This document shows, piece after piece, positions 39,043 through 47,659 of a DNA stretch of 64,000 bases. Each line of letters begins with the position of its first letter. Positions within the stretch are counted from its first letter, which is position 1. The notes under the pieces are model-generated. The model made no database searches. It saw only the letters and a list, made by a program, of their open reading frames with translations, and was not told the DNA's origin. Position numbers and translations under genes: made by a program. The DNA comes from Escherichia coli (GTDB taxonomy: Bacteria; Pseudomonadota; Gammaproteobacteria; Enterobacterales; Enterobacteriaceae), in NCBI RefSeq assembly GCF_044324875.1, contig NZ_CP172185.1. One strand, written 5' to 3'.

Positions 39043-40257
39043 ATGAAATTACCGATTTATCTCGACTACTCCGCAACCACGCCGGTGGACCCGCGTGTTG
39101 CCGAGAAAATGATGCAGTTTATGACGATGGACGGAACCTTTGGTAACCCGGCCTCCCGTTCTCACCGTTTCGGCTGGCAGGCTGAAGAAGCGGTTGATAT
39201 CGCCCGTAATCAGATTGCAGATCTGGTCGGCGCTGACCCGCGTGAAATCGTCTTTACCTCTGGTGCAACCGAATCTGACAACCTGGCGATCAAAGGTGCA
39301 GCCAACTTTTATCAGAAAAAAGGCAAGCACATCATCACCAGCAAAACCGAACACAAAGCGGTACTGGATACCTGCCGTCAGCTGGAGCGCGAAGGTTTCG
39401 AAGTCACCTACCTGGCACCGCAGCGTAACGGCATTATCGACCTGAAAGAACTTGAAGCAGCGATGCGTGACGACACCATCCTCGTTTCTATCATGCACGT
39501 GAATAACGAAATCGGCGTGGTGCAGGATATCGCGGCTATCGGCGAAATGTGCCGTGCTCGCGGCATTATCTATCACGTTGATGCAACCCAGAGCGTGGGC
39601 AAACTGCCTATCGACCTGAGCCAGTTGAAAGTTGACCTGATGTCATTCTCCGGTCACAAAATCTATGGCCCGAAAGGTATCGGTGCGCTGTATGTGCGTC
39701 GTAAACCGCGCGTACGCATCGAAGCGCAAATGCACGGCGGCGGTCACGAGCGCGGTATGCGTTCCGGCACTCTGCCTGTTCACCAGATCGTTGGTATGGG
39801 CGAAGCCTATCGCATCGCAAAAGAAGAGATGGCGACCGAGATGGAACGTCTGCGCGGCCTGCGTAACCGTCTGTGGAACGGCATCAAAGATATCGAAGAA
39901 GTTTACCTGAACGGTGACCTGGAACACGGTGCGCCGAACATTCTCAACGTCAGCTTCAACTACGTTGAAGGTGAGTCGCTGATTATGGCGCTGAAAGACC
40001 TCGCGGTTTCTTCAGGTTCCGCCTGTACGTCAGCAAGCCTCGAACCGTCCTACGTGCTGCGCGCGCTGGGGCTGAACGACGAGCTGGCACATAGCTCTAT
40101 CCGTTTCTCTTTAGGTCGTTTTACTACTGAAGAAGAGATCGACTACACCATCGAGTTAGTTCGTAAATCCATCGGTCGTCTGCGTGACCTTTCTCCGCTG
40201 TGGGAAATGTACAAGCAGGGCGTGGATCTGAACAGCATCGAATGGGCTCATCATTAA
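39043..40257 (+). CDS. iscS: cysteine desulfurase IscS
   Basis: 404-aa [17 protein letters not shown]...; PLP-lysine [12 protein letters not shown]; active-site SSGSACTS. Confidence 0.97.
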
Positions 40258-40284
40258 TCGGTATCGGAATCAGGAGAATTTATA

Positions 40285-40671
40285 ATGGCTTACAGCGAAA
40301 AAGTTATCGACCATTACGAGAATCCGCGTAACGTGGGTTCCTTTGACAACAACGACGAGAACGTCGGCAGCGGCATGGTGGGTGCACCGGCCTGTGGCGA
40401 CGTGATGAAGTTGCAGATTAAAGTCAACGATGAAGGTATCATTGAAGACGCGCGTTTTAAAACTTACGGCTGCGGTTCTGCTATCGCTTCCAGCTCCCTG
40501 GTCACCGAATGGGTGAAAGGGAAGTCTCTCGACGAAGCGCAGGCGATCAAAAACACCGATATTGCTGAAGAACTTGAACTGCCGCCGGTGAAAATTCACT
40601 GTTCTATTCTGGCAGAAGACGCGATCAAAGCCGCCATTGCGGACTATAAAAGCAAACGTGAAGCAAAATAA
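40285..40671 (+). CDS. iscU: Fe-S cluster scaffold IscU
   Basis: 128-aa ORF with GAPACGDVMKL, YGCGSAIASS and LPPVKIHCS motifs. Confidence 0.97.
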   Translation: MAYSEKVIDHYENPRNVGSFDNNDENVGSGMVGAPACGDVMKLQIKVNDEGIIEDARFKTYGCGSAIASSSLVTEWVKGKSLDEAQAIKNTDIAEELELPPVKIHCSILAEDAIKAAIADYKSKREAK

Positions 40672-40687
40672 GAGTTGAGGTTTGGTT

Positions 40688-41011
40688 ATGTCGATTACAC
40701 TGAGCGACAGTGCAGCAGCGCGAGTAAATACCTTTCTGGCTAACCGCGGCAAAGGGTTTGGCCTGCGTCTGGGCGTGAGAACCTCCGGATGTTCAGGTAT
40801 GGCTTATGTACTGGAATTTGTTGACGAACCGACGCCGGAAGACATCGTGTTTGAAGACAAAGGCGTGAAAGTCGTGGTCGATGGCAAAAGCCTGCAATTT
40901 CTGGACGGTACGCAGCTGGACTTCGTAAAAGAAGGCCTGAACGAAGGGTTTAAATTCACCAACCCGAACGTTAAAGATGAGTGTGGTTGCGGCGAAAGCT
41001 TCCACGTTTGA
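40688..41011 (+). CDS. iscA: A-type Fe-S carrier IscA
   Basis: 107-aa [16 protein letters not shown]... with C-terminal CGCGESF. Confidence 0.95.
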   Translation: MSITLSDSAAARVNTFLANRGKGFGLRLGVRTSGCSGMAYVLEFVDEPTPEDIVFEDKGVKVVVDGKSLQFLDGTQLDFVKEGLNEGFKFTNPNVKDECGCGESFHV

Positions 41012-41106
41012 TGCGCATACCGATAACCCCACCGTGGTCGCCTGCGCGTGGGGTTTGTTTTACCTGATTCGCCGTTATCGCGGCGGATCGCAGCCCTGAG
41101 AATGTT

Positions 41107-41622
41107 ATGGATTACTTCACCCTCTTTGGCTTGCCTGCCCGTTATCAACTCGATACCCAGGCGCTGAGCCTGCGTTTTCAGGATCTACAACGTCAGTATC
41201 ATCCTGATAAATTTGCCAGCGGAAGCCAGGCGGAACAACTCGCCGCCGTACAGCAATCTGCAACCATTAACCAGGCCTGGCAAACGCTGCGTCATCCGTT
41301 AATGCGCGCGGAATATTTGCTTTCTTTGCACGGTTTTGATCTCGCCAGCGAGCAGCATACTGTGCGCGACACCGCGTTCCTGATGGAACAGCTGGAACTG
41401 CGCGAAGAACTGGACGAGATCGAACAGGCGAAAGATGAAGCGCGGCTGGAAAGCTTTATCAAACGTGTGAAAAAGATGTTTGATACCCGCCATCAGTTGA
41501 TGGTTGAACAGTTAGACAACGAGACGTGGGACGCGGCGGCGGATACCGTGCGTAAGCTGCGTTTTCTCGATAAACTGCGAAGCAGTGCCGAACAACTCGA
41601 AGAAAAACTGCTCGATTTTTAA
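41107..41622 (+). CDS. hscB: co-chaperone HscB (J-domain)
   Basis: 171-aa [13 protein letters not shown]...; J-domain HPD motif (QYHPDKF). Confidence 0.95.
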   Translation: MDYFTLFGLPARYQLDTQALSLRFQDLQRQYHPDKFASGSQAEQLAAVQQSATINQAWQTLRHPLMRAEYLLSLHGFDLASEQHTVRDTAFLMEQLELREELDEIEQAKDEARLESFIKRVKKMFDTRHQLMVEQLDNETWDAAADTVRKLRFLDKLRSSAEQLEEKLLDF

Positions 41623-41638
41623 TTTCTGGAAGCTAAAC

Positions 41639-43489
41639 ATGGCCTTATTACAAATTAGTGAACCTGGTTTGAGTGCTGCGCCGCATCAGCGTCGTCTGGC
41701 GGCCGGTATTGACCTGGGCACAACCAACTCGCTGGTGGCGACAGTGCGCAGCGGTCAGGCCGAAACGTTAGCCGACCATGAAGGCCGTCACCTGCTGCCG
41801 TCTGTTGTTCACTATCAACAGCAAGGGCATTCGGTGGGTTATGACGCGCGTACTAACGCCGCGCTCGATACCGCCAACACCATTAGTTCTGTTAAACGCC
41901 TGATGGGGCGCTCGCTGGCTGATATCCAGCAACGCTATCCACATTTGCCTTATCAATTCCAGGCCAGCGAAAACGGCCTGCCGATGATTGAAACGGCGGC
42001 GGGGCTGCTGAACCCGGTGCGCGTTTCTGCGGACATCCTCAAAGCACTGGCGGCGCGGGCAACTGAAGCCCTGGCAGGCGAGCTGGATGGTGTCGTTATC
42101 ACCGTTCCGGCGTACTTTGACGATGCCCAGCGTCAGGGCACCAAAGACGCGGCGCGTCTGGCGGGCCTTCACGTCCTGCGCTTACTTAACGAACCGACCG
42201 CTGCGGCTATCGCCTACGGGCTGGATTCCGGTCAGGAAGGCGTGATCGCTGTTTATGACCTCGGCGGCGGGACGTTTGATATTTCCATTCTGCGCTTAAG
42301 TCGCGGCGTGTTTGAAGTGCTGGCGACCGGCGGTGATTCCGCGCTCGGCGGCGATGATTTCGACCATCTGCTGGCGGATTATATTCGCGAGCAGGCGGGC
42401 ATTCCTGATCGTAGCGATAACCGCGTTCAGCGTGAACTGCTGGATGCTGCCATTGCGGCCAAAATCGCGCTGAGCGATGCGGACTCCGTGACCGTTAACG
42501 TTGCGGGCTGGCAGGGCGAAATCAGCCGTGAACAATTCAACGAACTGATCGCGCCACTGGTAAAACGAACCTTACTGGCTTGTCGTCGTGCGCTGAAAGA
42601 CGCTGGCGTAGAAGCTGATGAAGTGCTGGAAGTGGTGATGGTTGGCGGTTCTACCCGCGTGCCGCTGGTGCGTGAACGGGTGGGCGAATTTTTCGGTCGT
42701 CCACCGCTGACTTCTATCGACCCGGATAAAGTCGTCGCTATTGGCGCGGCGATTCAGGCGGATATTCTGGTGGGTAACAAGCCGGACAGCGAAATGCTGT
42801 TGCTGGATGTGATCCCGCTGTCGCTGGGCCTCGAGACCATGGGCGGCCTGGTGGAGAAAGTGATCCCGCGTAATACCACGATTCCGGTGGCGCGCGCCCA
42901 GGATTTCACCACCTTTAAAGATGGTCAGACGGCAATGTCTATCCATGTGATGCAGGGTGAACGTGAACTGGTGCAGGACTGCCGCTCGCTGGCGCGTTTT
43001 GCACTGCGTGGTATCCCGGCGCTACCGGCTGGCGGCGCGCATATTCGCGTAACGTTCCAGGTCGATGCCGACGGTCTTTTGAGCGTGACGGCGATGGAGA
43101 AATCCACCGGCGTTGAGGCGTCTATTCAGGTCAAACCGTCTTACGGTCTGACCGATAGCGAAATCGCTTCGATGATCAAAGACTCAATGAGCTATGCCGA
43201 GCAGGACGTAAAAGCCCGTATGCTGGCAGAACAAAAAGTAGAAGCGGCGCGTGTGCTGGAAAGTCTGCACGGCGCGCTGGCTGCTGATGCCGCGCTGTTA
43301 AGCACCGCAGAGCGTCAGGTCATTGACGATGCTGCCGCTCACCTGAGTGAAGTGGCGCAGGGCGATGATGTTGACGCTATCGAACAAGCGATTAAAAACG
43401 TAGACAAACAAACCCAGGATTTCGCCGCTCGCCGCATGGACCAGTCGGTTCGTCGTGCGCTGAAAGGCCATTCCGTGGACGAGGTTTAA
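41639..43489 (+). CDS. hscA: Hsp70-type chaperone HscA
   Basis: 616-aa [13 protein letters not shown]... with Hsp70 motifs GIDLGTTNS and DLGGGTFD. Confidence 0.95.
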   Translation: MALLQISEPGLSAAPHQRRLAAGIDLGTTNSLVATVRSGQAETLADHEGRHLLPSVVHYQQQGHSVGYDARTNAALDTANTISSVKRLMGRSLADIQQRYPHLPYQFQASENGLPMIETAAGLLNPVRVSADILKALAARATEALAGELDGVVITVPAYFDDAQRQGTKDAARLAGLHVLRLLNEPTAAAIAYGLDSGQEGVIAVYDLGGGTFDISILRLSRGVFEVLATGGDSALGGDDFDHLLADYIREQAGIPDRSDNRVQRELLDAAIAAKIALSDADSVTVNVAGWQGEISREQFNELIAPLVKRTLLACRRALKDAGVEADEVLEVVMVGGSTRVPLVRERVGEFFGRPPLTSIDPDKVVAIGAAIQADILVGNKPDSEMLLLDVIPLSLGLETMGGLVEKVIPRNTTIPVARAQDFTTFKDGQTAMSIHVMQGERELVQDCRSLARFALRGIPALPAGGAHIRVTFQVDADGLLSVTAMEKSTGVEASIQVKPSYGLTDSEIASMIKDSMSYAEQDVKARMLAEQKVEAARVLESLHGALAADAALLSTAERQVIDDAAAHLSEVAQGDDVDAIEQAIKNVDKQTQDFAARRMDQSVRRALKGHSVDEV

Positions 43490-43490
43490 T

Positions 43491-43826
43491 ATGCCAAAGA
43501 TTGTTATTTTGCCTCATCAGGATCTCTGCCCTGATGGCGCTGTTCTGGAAGCGAATAGTGGTGAAACCATTCTCGACGTTGCGCTGCGTAACGGTATCGA
43601 GATTGAACACGCCTGTGAAAAATCCTGTGCTTGCACCACCTGCCACTGCATCGTTCGCGAAGGTTTTGACTCGCTGCCGGAAAGCTCAGAGCAGGAAGAC
43701 GACATGCTGGACAAAGCCTGGGGACTGGAGCCGGAAAGCCGTTTAAGCTGCCAGGCGCGCGTTACCGACGAAGATTTAGTGGTCGAAATCCCGCGTTACA
43801 CTATCAACCATGCGCGTGAGCATTAA
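43491..43826 (+). CDS. fdx: [2Fe-2S] ferredoxin (adrenodoxin type)
   Basis: 111-aa [24 protein letters not shown]...; cysteine ligands CxxxxxCxxC...C. Confidence 0.95.
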
Positions 43827-43837
43827 CAGAGGTTAGT

Positions 43838-44038
43838 ATGGGACTTAAGTGGACCGATAGCCGCGAAATTGGCGAAGCACTGTACGATGCGTATCCCGAT
43901 CTTGATCCGAAAACGGTTCGATTCACCGATATGCATCAGTGGATTTGCGATCTGGAAGATTTCGACGACGACCCGCAGGCATCCAACGAGAAAATCCTCG
44001 AAGCGATTTTGTTAGTCTGGCTGGACGAAGCCGAATAA
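43838..44038 (+). CDS. iscX: Fe-S assembly protein IscX
   Basis: 66-aa acidic [27 protein letters not shown]... Confidence 0.9.
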
Positions 44039-44074
44039 TTTCCGCGTCATGCTTCACGCCGCAGATGCGTTGGC

Positions 44075-44200
44075 TGCGCTCGTTCACCCCAGTCACATAG
44101 TTATCTATGCTCCTGGGGCTTCACTCACTTGCCGCGTGATTCGGCCTTTTGGCCTCACCCCTCCGGGGCCAGCGCAAGCGCTGTTCAAAACGCAATGCGT
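44075..44200. repeat. ERIC/IRU repeat element
   Basis: CGCTCGTTCACCCCAGTCAC...ATGCTCCTGGGGCTTCAC match both ERIC primer-site cores (reverse complement of AAGTAAGTGACTGGGGTGAGCG, and ATGTAAGCTCCTGGGGATTCAC); imperfect palindrome in the iscX-pepB spacer. Confidence 0.7.
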
Positions 44201-44282
44201 TTTGTCCTGCAACGCGAATCATTTAGCGGAAAAATCCTGGGGCTGCCAACTGGCGGCCCTTTTACAAAGAAGGATAACTAAA

Positions 44283-45566
44283 ATGACAGAAGCGATGAAG
44301 ATTACCCTCTCTACCCAACCTGCCGACGCGCGCTGGGGAGAAAAAGCGACTTACAGCATTAATAATGATGGCATTACCCTGCATTTGAACGGGGCAGACG
44401 ATCTGGGGCTGATCCAGCGTGCGGCGCGCAAGATTGACGGTCTGGGCATCAAGCATGTTCAGTTAAGCGGTGAAGACTGGGATGCGGATCGCTGCTGGGC
44501 ATTCTGGCAAGGTTACAAAGCCCCGAAAGGCACACGTAAAGTGGAGTGGCCGGATCTGGACGATGCCCAACGGCAGGAACTGGATAACCGCCTGATGATC
44601 ATCGACTGGGTGCGTGACACCATCAACGCACCGGCAGAAGAATTGGGACCATCGCAACTGGCACAGCGTGCTGTTGATCTGATCAGCAACGTCGCGGGCG
44701 ATCGTGTGACTTATCGGATCACCAAAGGTGAAGATCTGCGTGATCAAGGTTATATGGGGCTGCACACGGTCGGACGCGGTTCAGAACGTTCTCCGGTATT
44801 GCTGGCGCTGGATTACAACCCAACTGGCGATAAAGAAGCGCCAGTGTACGCGTGCCTGGTTGGTAAAGGCATCACCTTTGATTCCGGCGGCTACAGCATC
44901 AAACAGACCGCATTTATGGACTCGATGAAGTCGGACATGGGCGGCGCGGCAACGGTTACCGGGGCGCTGGCGTTTGCCATTACGCGCGGACTGAACAAGC
45001 GCGTGAAGCTGTTCCTCTGCTGTGCGGATAACCTGATCAGCGGCAACGCGTTCAAACTGGGCGATATTATTACCTATCGCAACGGTAAAAAAGTTGAAGT
45101 GATGAACACTGATGCGGAAGGGCGTCTGGTGCTGGCCGATGGCCTGATTGATGCCAGTGCGCAGAAACCGGAACTGATCATTGATGCGGCGACCCTCACC
45201 GGGGCGGCGAAAACTGCGCTGGGTAATGATTATCACGCGCTGTTCAGTTTTGACGATGCGCTTGCCGGTCGCTTGCTGGCGAGTGCCGCGCAGGAGAATG
45301 AACCGTTCTGGCGTCTGCCGCTGGCGGAGTTCCACCGCAGCCAGCTGCCGTCTAACTTTGCCGAACTGAACAATACCGGAAGCGCGGCGTACCCGGCAGG
45401 CGCGAGCACGGCGGCGGGCTTCCTGTCGCACTTTGTTGAGAACTATCAGCAAGGCTGGCTGCATATCGACTGCTCGGCGACTTACCGTAAAGCGCCGGTT
45501 GAACAGTGGTCTGCGGGTGCTACGGGACTTGGTGTGCGCACGATTGCTAATCTGTTAACGGCGTAA
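44283..45566 (+). CDS. pepB: aminopeptidase B (M17 leucyl-aminopeptidase family)
   Basis: 427-aa ORF from [15 protein letters not shown]...; M17 motif [12 protein letters not shown]. Confidence 0.93.
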
Positions 45567-45573
45567 ACTAATA

Positions 45574-45673
45574 TGCCGGATGCGGCGTAAACGCCATATC
45601 CGGCCTACAAAGTATTGCAAATTCAACAAATTGTGAATCCCTTGTAGGCCTGATAAGTATGGCGCATCAGGCA
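45574..45673. repeat. BIME: two inverted REP palindromes
   Basis: TGCCGGATGCGGCGTAAACGCCATATCCGGCCTAC and GTAGGCCTGATAAGTATGGCGCATCAGGCAC between pepB and sseB. Confidence 0.85.
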
Positions 45674-45708
45674 CTTGTGCCCCGAACGTTGAATGAATTG
45701 TGGTTCTT

Positions 45709-46485
45709 ATGTCCGAAACAAAAAATGAACTTGAAGACCTGCTGGAAAAAGCAGCAACCGAACCGGCGCACCGCCCGGCCTTTTTCCGTACTCTACTGGA
45801 ATCCACCGTCTGGGTGCCGGGTACGGCGGCGCAGGGCGAGGCTGTGGTTGAAGATAGCGCGCTTGATTTACAGCACTGGGAAAAAGAAGACGGCACCAGC
45901 GTCATTCCTTTTTTTACCTCGTTAGAAGCACTTCAACAGGCGGTTGAAGACGAACAGGCATTTGTCGTAATGCCCGTTCGCACATTGTTTGAGATGACCC
46001 TTGGCGAAACGCTCTTCCTTAATGCCAAACTGCCAACCGGTAAAGAATTTATGCCGCGTGAAATCAGTTTGTTGATTGGTGAAGAAGGAAATCCGCTGAG
46101 CAGCCAGGAAGTACTGGAGGGCGGTGAATCGCTGATATTATCGGAAGTCGCAGAGCCACCAGCACAAATGATTGATTCTCTCACCACCTTATTTAAAACT
46201 ATTAAGCCGGTGAAGCGTGCTTTTATTTGTTCAATTAAAGAGAACGAAGAGTCACAGCCTAATTTACTTATTGGCATTGAAGCCGATGGTGATATCGAAG
46301 AAATTATTCAGGCGGCGGGAAGTGTAGCGACCGATACATTACCTGGCGATGAACCCATCGATATTTGTCAGGTGAAAAAAGGGGAAAAAGGAATTAGCCA
46401 CTTTATTACCGAACATATTGCGCCATTCTATGAACGTCGCTGGGGTGGTTTTTTGCGTGACTTTAAACAGCATCGGATAATCTAA
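45709..46485 (+). CDS. sseB: enhanced serine sensitivity protein SseB
   Basis: 258-aa ORF MSETKNELEDLLEKAATEPAHRPAFF...; synteny between pepB and sseA. Confidence 0.85.
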   Translation: MSETKNELEDLLEKAATEPAHRPAFFRTLLESTVWVPGTAAQGEAVVEDSALDLQHWEKEDGTSVIPFFTSLEALQQAVEDEQAFVVMPVRTLFEMTLGETLFLNAKLPTGKEFMPREISLLIGEEGNPLSSQEVLEGGESLILSEVAEPPAQMIDSLTTLFKTIKPVKRAFICSIKENEESQPNLLIGIEADGDIEEIIQAAGSVATDTLPGDEPIDICQVKKGEKGISHFITEHIAPFYERRWGGFLRDFKQHRII

Positions 46486-46802
46486 AATATGCCGCCCCAA
46501 AGGGCGGCATTCGGGCTTACTTGCTGCTCTGAAGTTTGTTAACCACCAGTAAATTGTTGCCGGAGAGACTCCGGTTATTATTTACCTCGGTTAACAGCGC
46601 ACCAGAAACAATAAGTACGATACAAAAGCACCGTATCTTCATTGTGCGGTCCATGCGAAGACCGCATCACGACAGCACCACTGGCGATATTGCCGCGATA
46701 GCAAGCGCTGAGACGCGCTTGCTCTAACGGTCGCGGAACATCCTTTCCTTAAGCCAGCGCCCGCTTGCGAGACGGCGGAAAGGGCCGCAGTGGATAATAC
46801 AC
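46486..46802 (-). ncRNA. ryfA: RyfA-like RNA copy 1 (putative small-protein toxin mRNA, TimP/RyfA type); 5' end approximate
   Basis: Minus-strand unit between a promoter-like TTGTCA-16-TATTGT (about 46837-46810) and terminator hairpin ATGCCGCCCTTTGGGGCGGCAT plus U-tract (46510-46486); about 310 nt; leader has SD-sequestering CCTTTCC/GGAAAGG stem. Confidence 0.6.
46517..46654 (-). CDS. hypothetical 45-aa small protein with hydrophobic N-terminal segment (candidate type I toxin)
   Basis: ORF MDRTMKIRCFCIVLIVSGALLTEVNNNRSLSGNNLLVVNKLQSSK verified codon by codon; identical in copy 2 except the last residues; no strong Shine-Dalgarno, so start codon uncertain. Confidence 0.35.
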   Translation of the reverse strand: MDRTMKIRCFCIVLIVSGALLTEVNNNRSLSGNNLLVVNKLQSSK

Positions 46803-46865
46803 TAACAGAACAATAATAACTCTCTTTTGCTTGACAAAAAGAGGGTTACTGGCGAGTATTGTCTC

Positions 46866-46962
46866 CGCTGAGACGCGCTTGCATTACTACGGTAATACAA
46901 CCTGCTGGAAAGGCCGCGAACCGGACCAGCAACAAAAAACCGCCTGATTTTGGCGGTTTTTT
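46866..46962 (+). ncRNA. putative sRNA 1, divergent from RyfA-like copy 1 (candidate antitoxin RNA, TimR-like)
   Basis: TTGACA (46831-46836) -17 bp- GAGTAT promoter; about 97 nt to intrinsic terminator AAAAAACCGCC-tgatttt-GGCGGTTTTTT (46935-46962); 5' 17 nt identical to the plus strand at 46706-46722. Confidence 0.5.
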
Positions 46963-47079
46963 GTTGTTTAAAGAAAGTGAATTTACATGTTCAAGTAATA
47001 TCTTTTATTGGTTAGTATTTTTAATATTAAGCGAAAATTGTTTATATTTGTCTGAATTCGGACTAATAAGCTAGGTTAT

Positions 47080-47163
47080 TTTATTACCGAACATATTGCG
47101 CCATTCTATGAACGTCGCTGGGGTGGTTTTTTGCGTGACTTTAAACAGAATGGGATAATTTAA
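47080..47163 (+). pseudogene. duplicated 3' fragment of sseB (about 27 C-terminal codons plus stop), non-functional remnant at the repeat junction
   Basis: TTTATTACCGAACATATTGCGCCATTCTATGAACGTCGCTGGGGTGGTTTTTTGCGTGACTTTAAACAG repeated from 46402-46470, followed by a diverged tail and TAA at 47161-47163. Confidence 0.8.
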
Positions 47164-47480
47164 AACATGCCGCCCCAAAGGGCGGCATTCGGGCTTACCT
47201 GCTGTTCTGAAGGTTGTTAACCACCAGTAAATTGTTGCCGGAGAGACTCCGGTTATTATTTACCTCGGTTAACAGCGCACCAGAAACAATAAGTACGATA
47301 CAAAAGCACCGTATCTTCATTGTGCGGTCCATGCGAAGACCGCATCACGACAGCACCACTGGCGATATTGCCGCGATAGCAAGCGCTGTGAAACACCTGC
47401 ATTTACGGCCATGGAACATCCTTTCCTTAAGCCAGCGCCCGTTTGCGAGACGGCGGAAAGGGCCGGTGTCGATAATACGC
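47164..47480 (-). ncRNA. ryfA: RyfA-like RNA copy 2; 5' end approximate
   Basis: Same architecture as copy 1, shifted by 678 bp; terminator hairpin at 47167-47188; leader diverged from copy 1. Confidence 0.6.
47195..47332 (-). CDS. hypothetical 45-aa small protein, paralogue of the 46517-46654 ORF
   Basis: Same ORF as copy 1 with three C-terminal substitutions (K to N, S to N, K to R); frame and length preserved. Confidence 0.35.
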   Translation of the reverse strand: MDRTMKIRCFCIVLIVSGALLTEVNNNRSLSGNNLLVVNNLQNSR

Positions 47481-47543
47481 TAAATAAACAATGATTACTG
47501 TCTTTCGCTTGACAAAAAGAGAGTTACTGGCGAGTATTGCTTT

Positions 47544-47644
47544 GCTGTGAAGCACCTGCGTTGCTCATGCAACACAAGCCAACCTGCTGGAAAGGCCGCG
47601 AACCAGACCAGCAATAAAAAACCGCCAAATTCGGCGGTTTTTTA
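47544..47644 (+). ncRNA. putative sRNA 2, divergent from RyfA-like copy 2 (candidate cognate antitoxin RNA)
   Basis: TTGACA (47509-47514) -17 bp- GAGTAT promoter; terminator AAAAAACCGCC-aaattc-GGCGGTTTTTT (47616-47645) also serves convergent sseA; 5' region matches the plus strand at 47384-47403 with G-U wobbles. Confidence 0.5.
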
Positions 47645-47659
47645 TTGCCTGTAAAAAGC

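Larger units (their letters stand above)
46402..47650. repeat. tandem direct duplication (unit about 678 bp; copy 1 46402-47079, copy 2 47080-about 47650)
   Basis: Offset of 678 bp between the two copies; core 46540-46712 identical to 47218-47390; copy 2 starts with a copy of the last about 80 bp of sseB including its stop. Confidence 0.9.

Noticed and set aside
46727-46741. Mini-ORF MFRDR with a strong Shine-Dalgarno in the RyfA-like leader (24 aa in copy 2)
   Set aside because: Length and sequence are not conserved between copies, so it is unlikely to be the functional product; kept only as a possible leader peptide or standby ribosome site.
46536-47483. Plus-strand ORFs MLTTSKLLPERLRL... 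(46536-46727 and 47214-47483) in the ryfA-like repeats
   Set aside because: Require a TTG start inside the terminator region and have no Shine-Dalgarno; copy 2 is 26 codons longer than copy 1 because the sequence downstream of the identical core diverges, so the C-terminus is not conserved; the minus-strand reading better fits promoter and terminator orientation.
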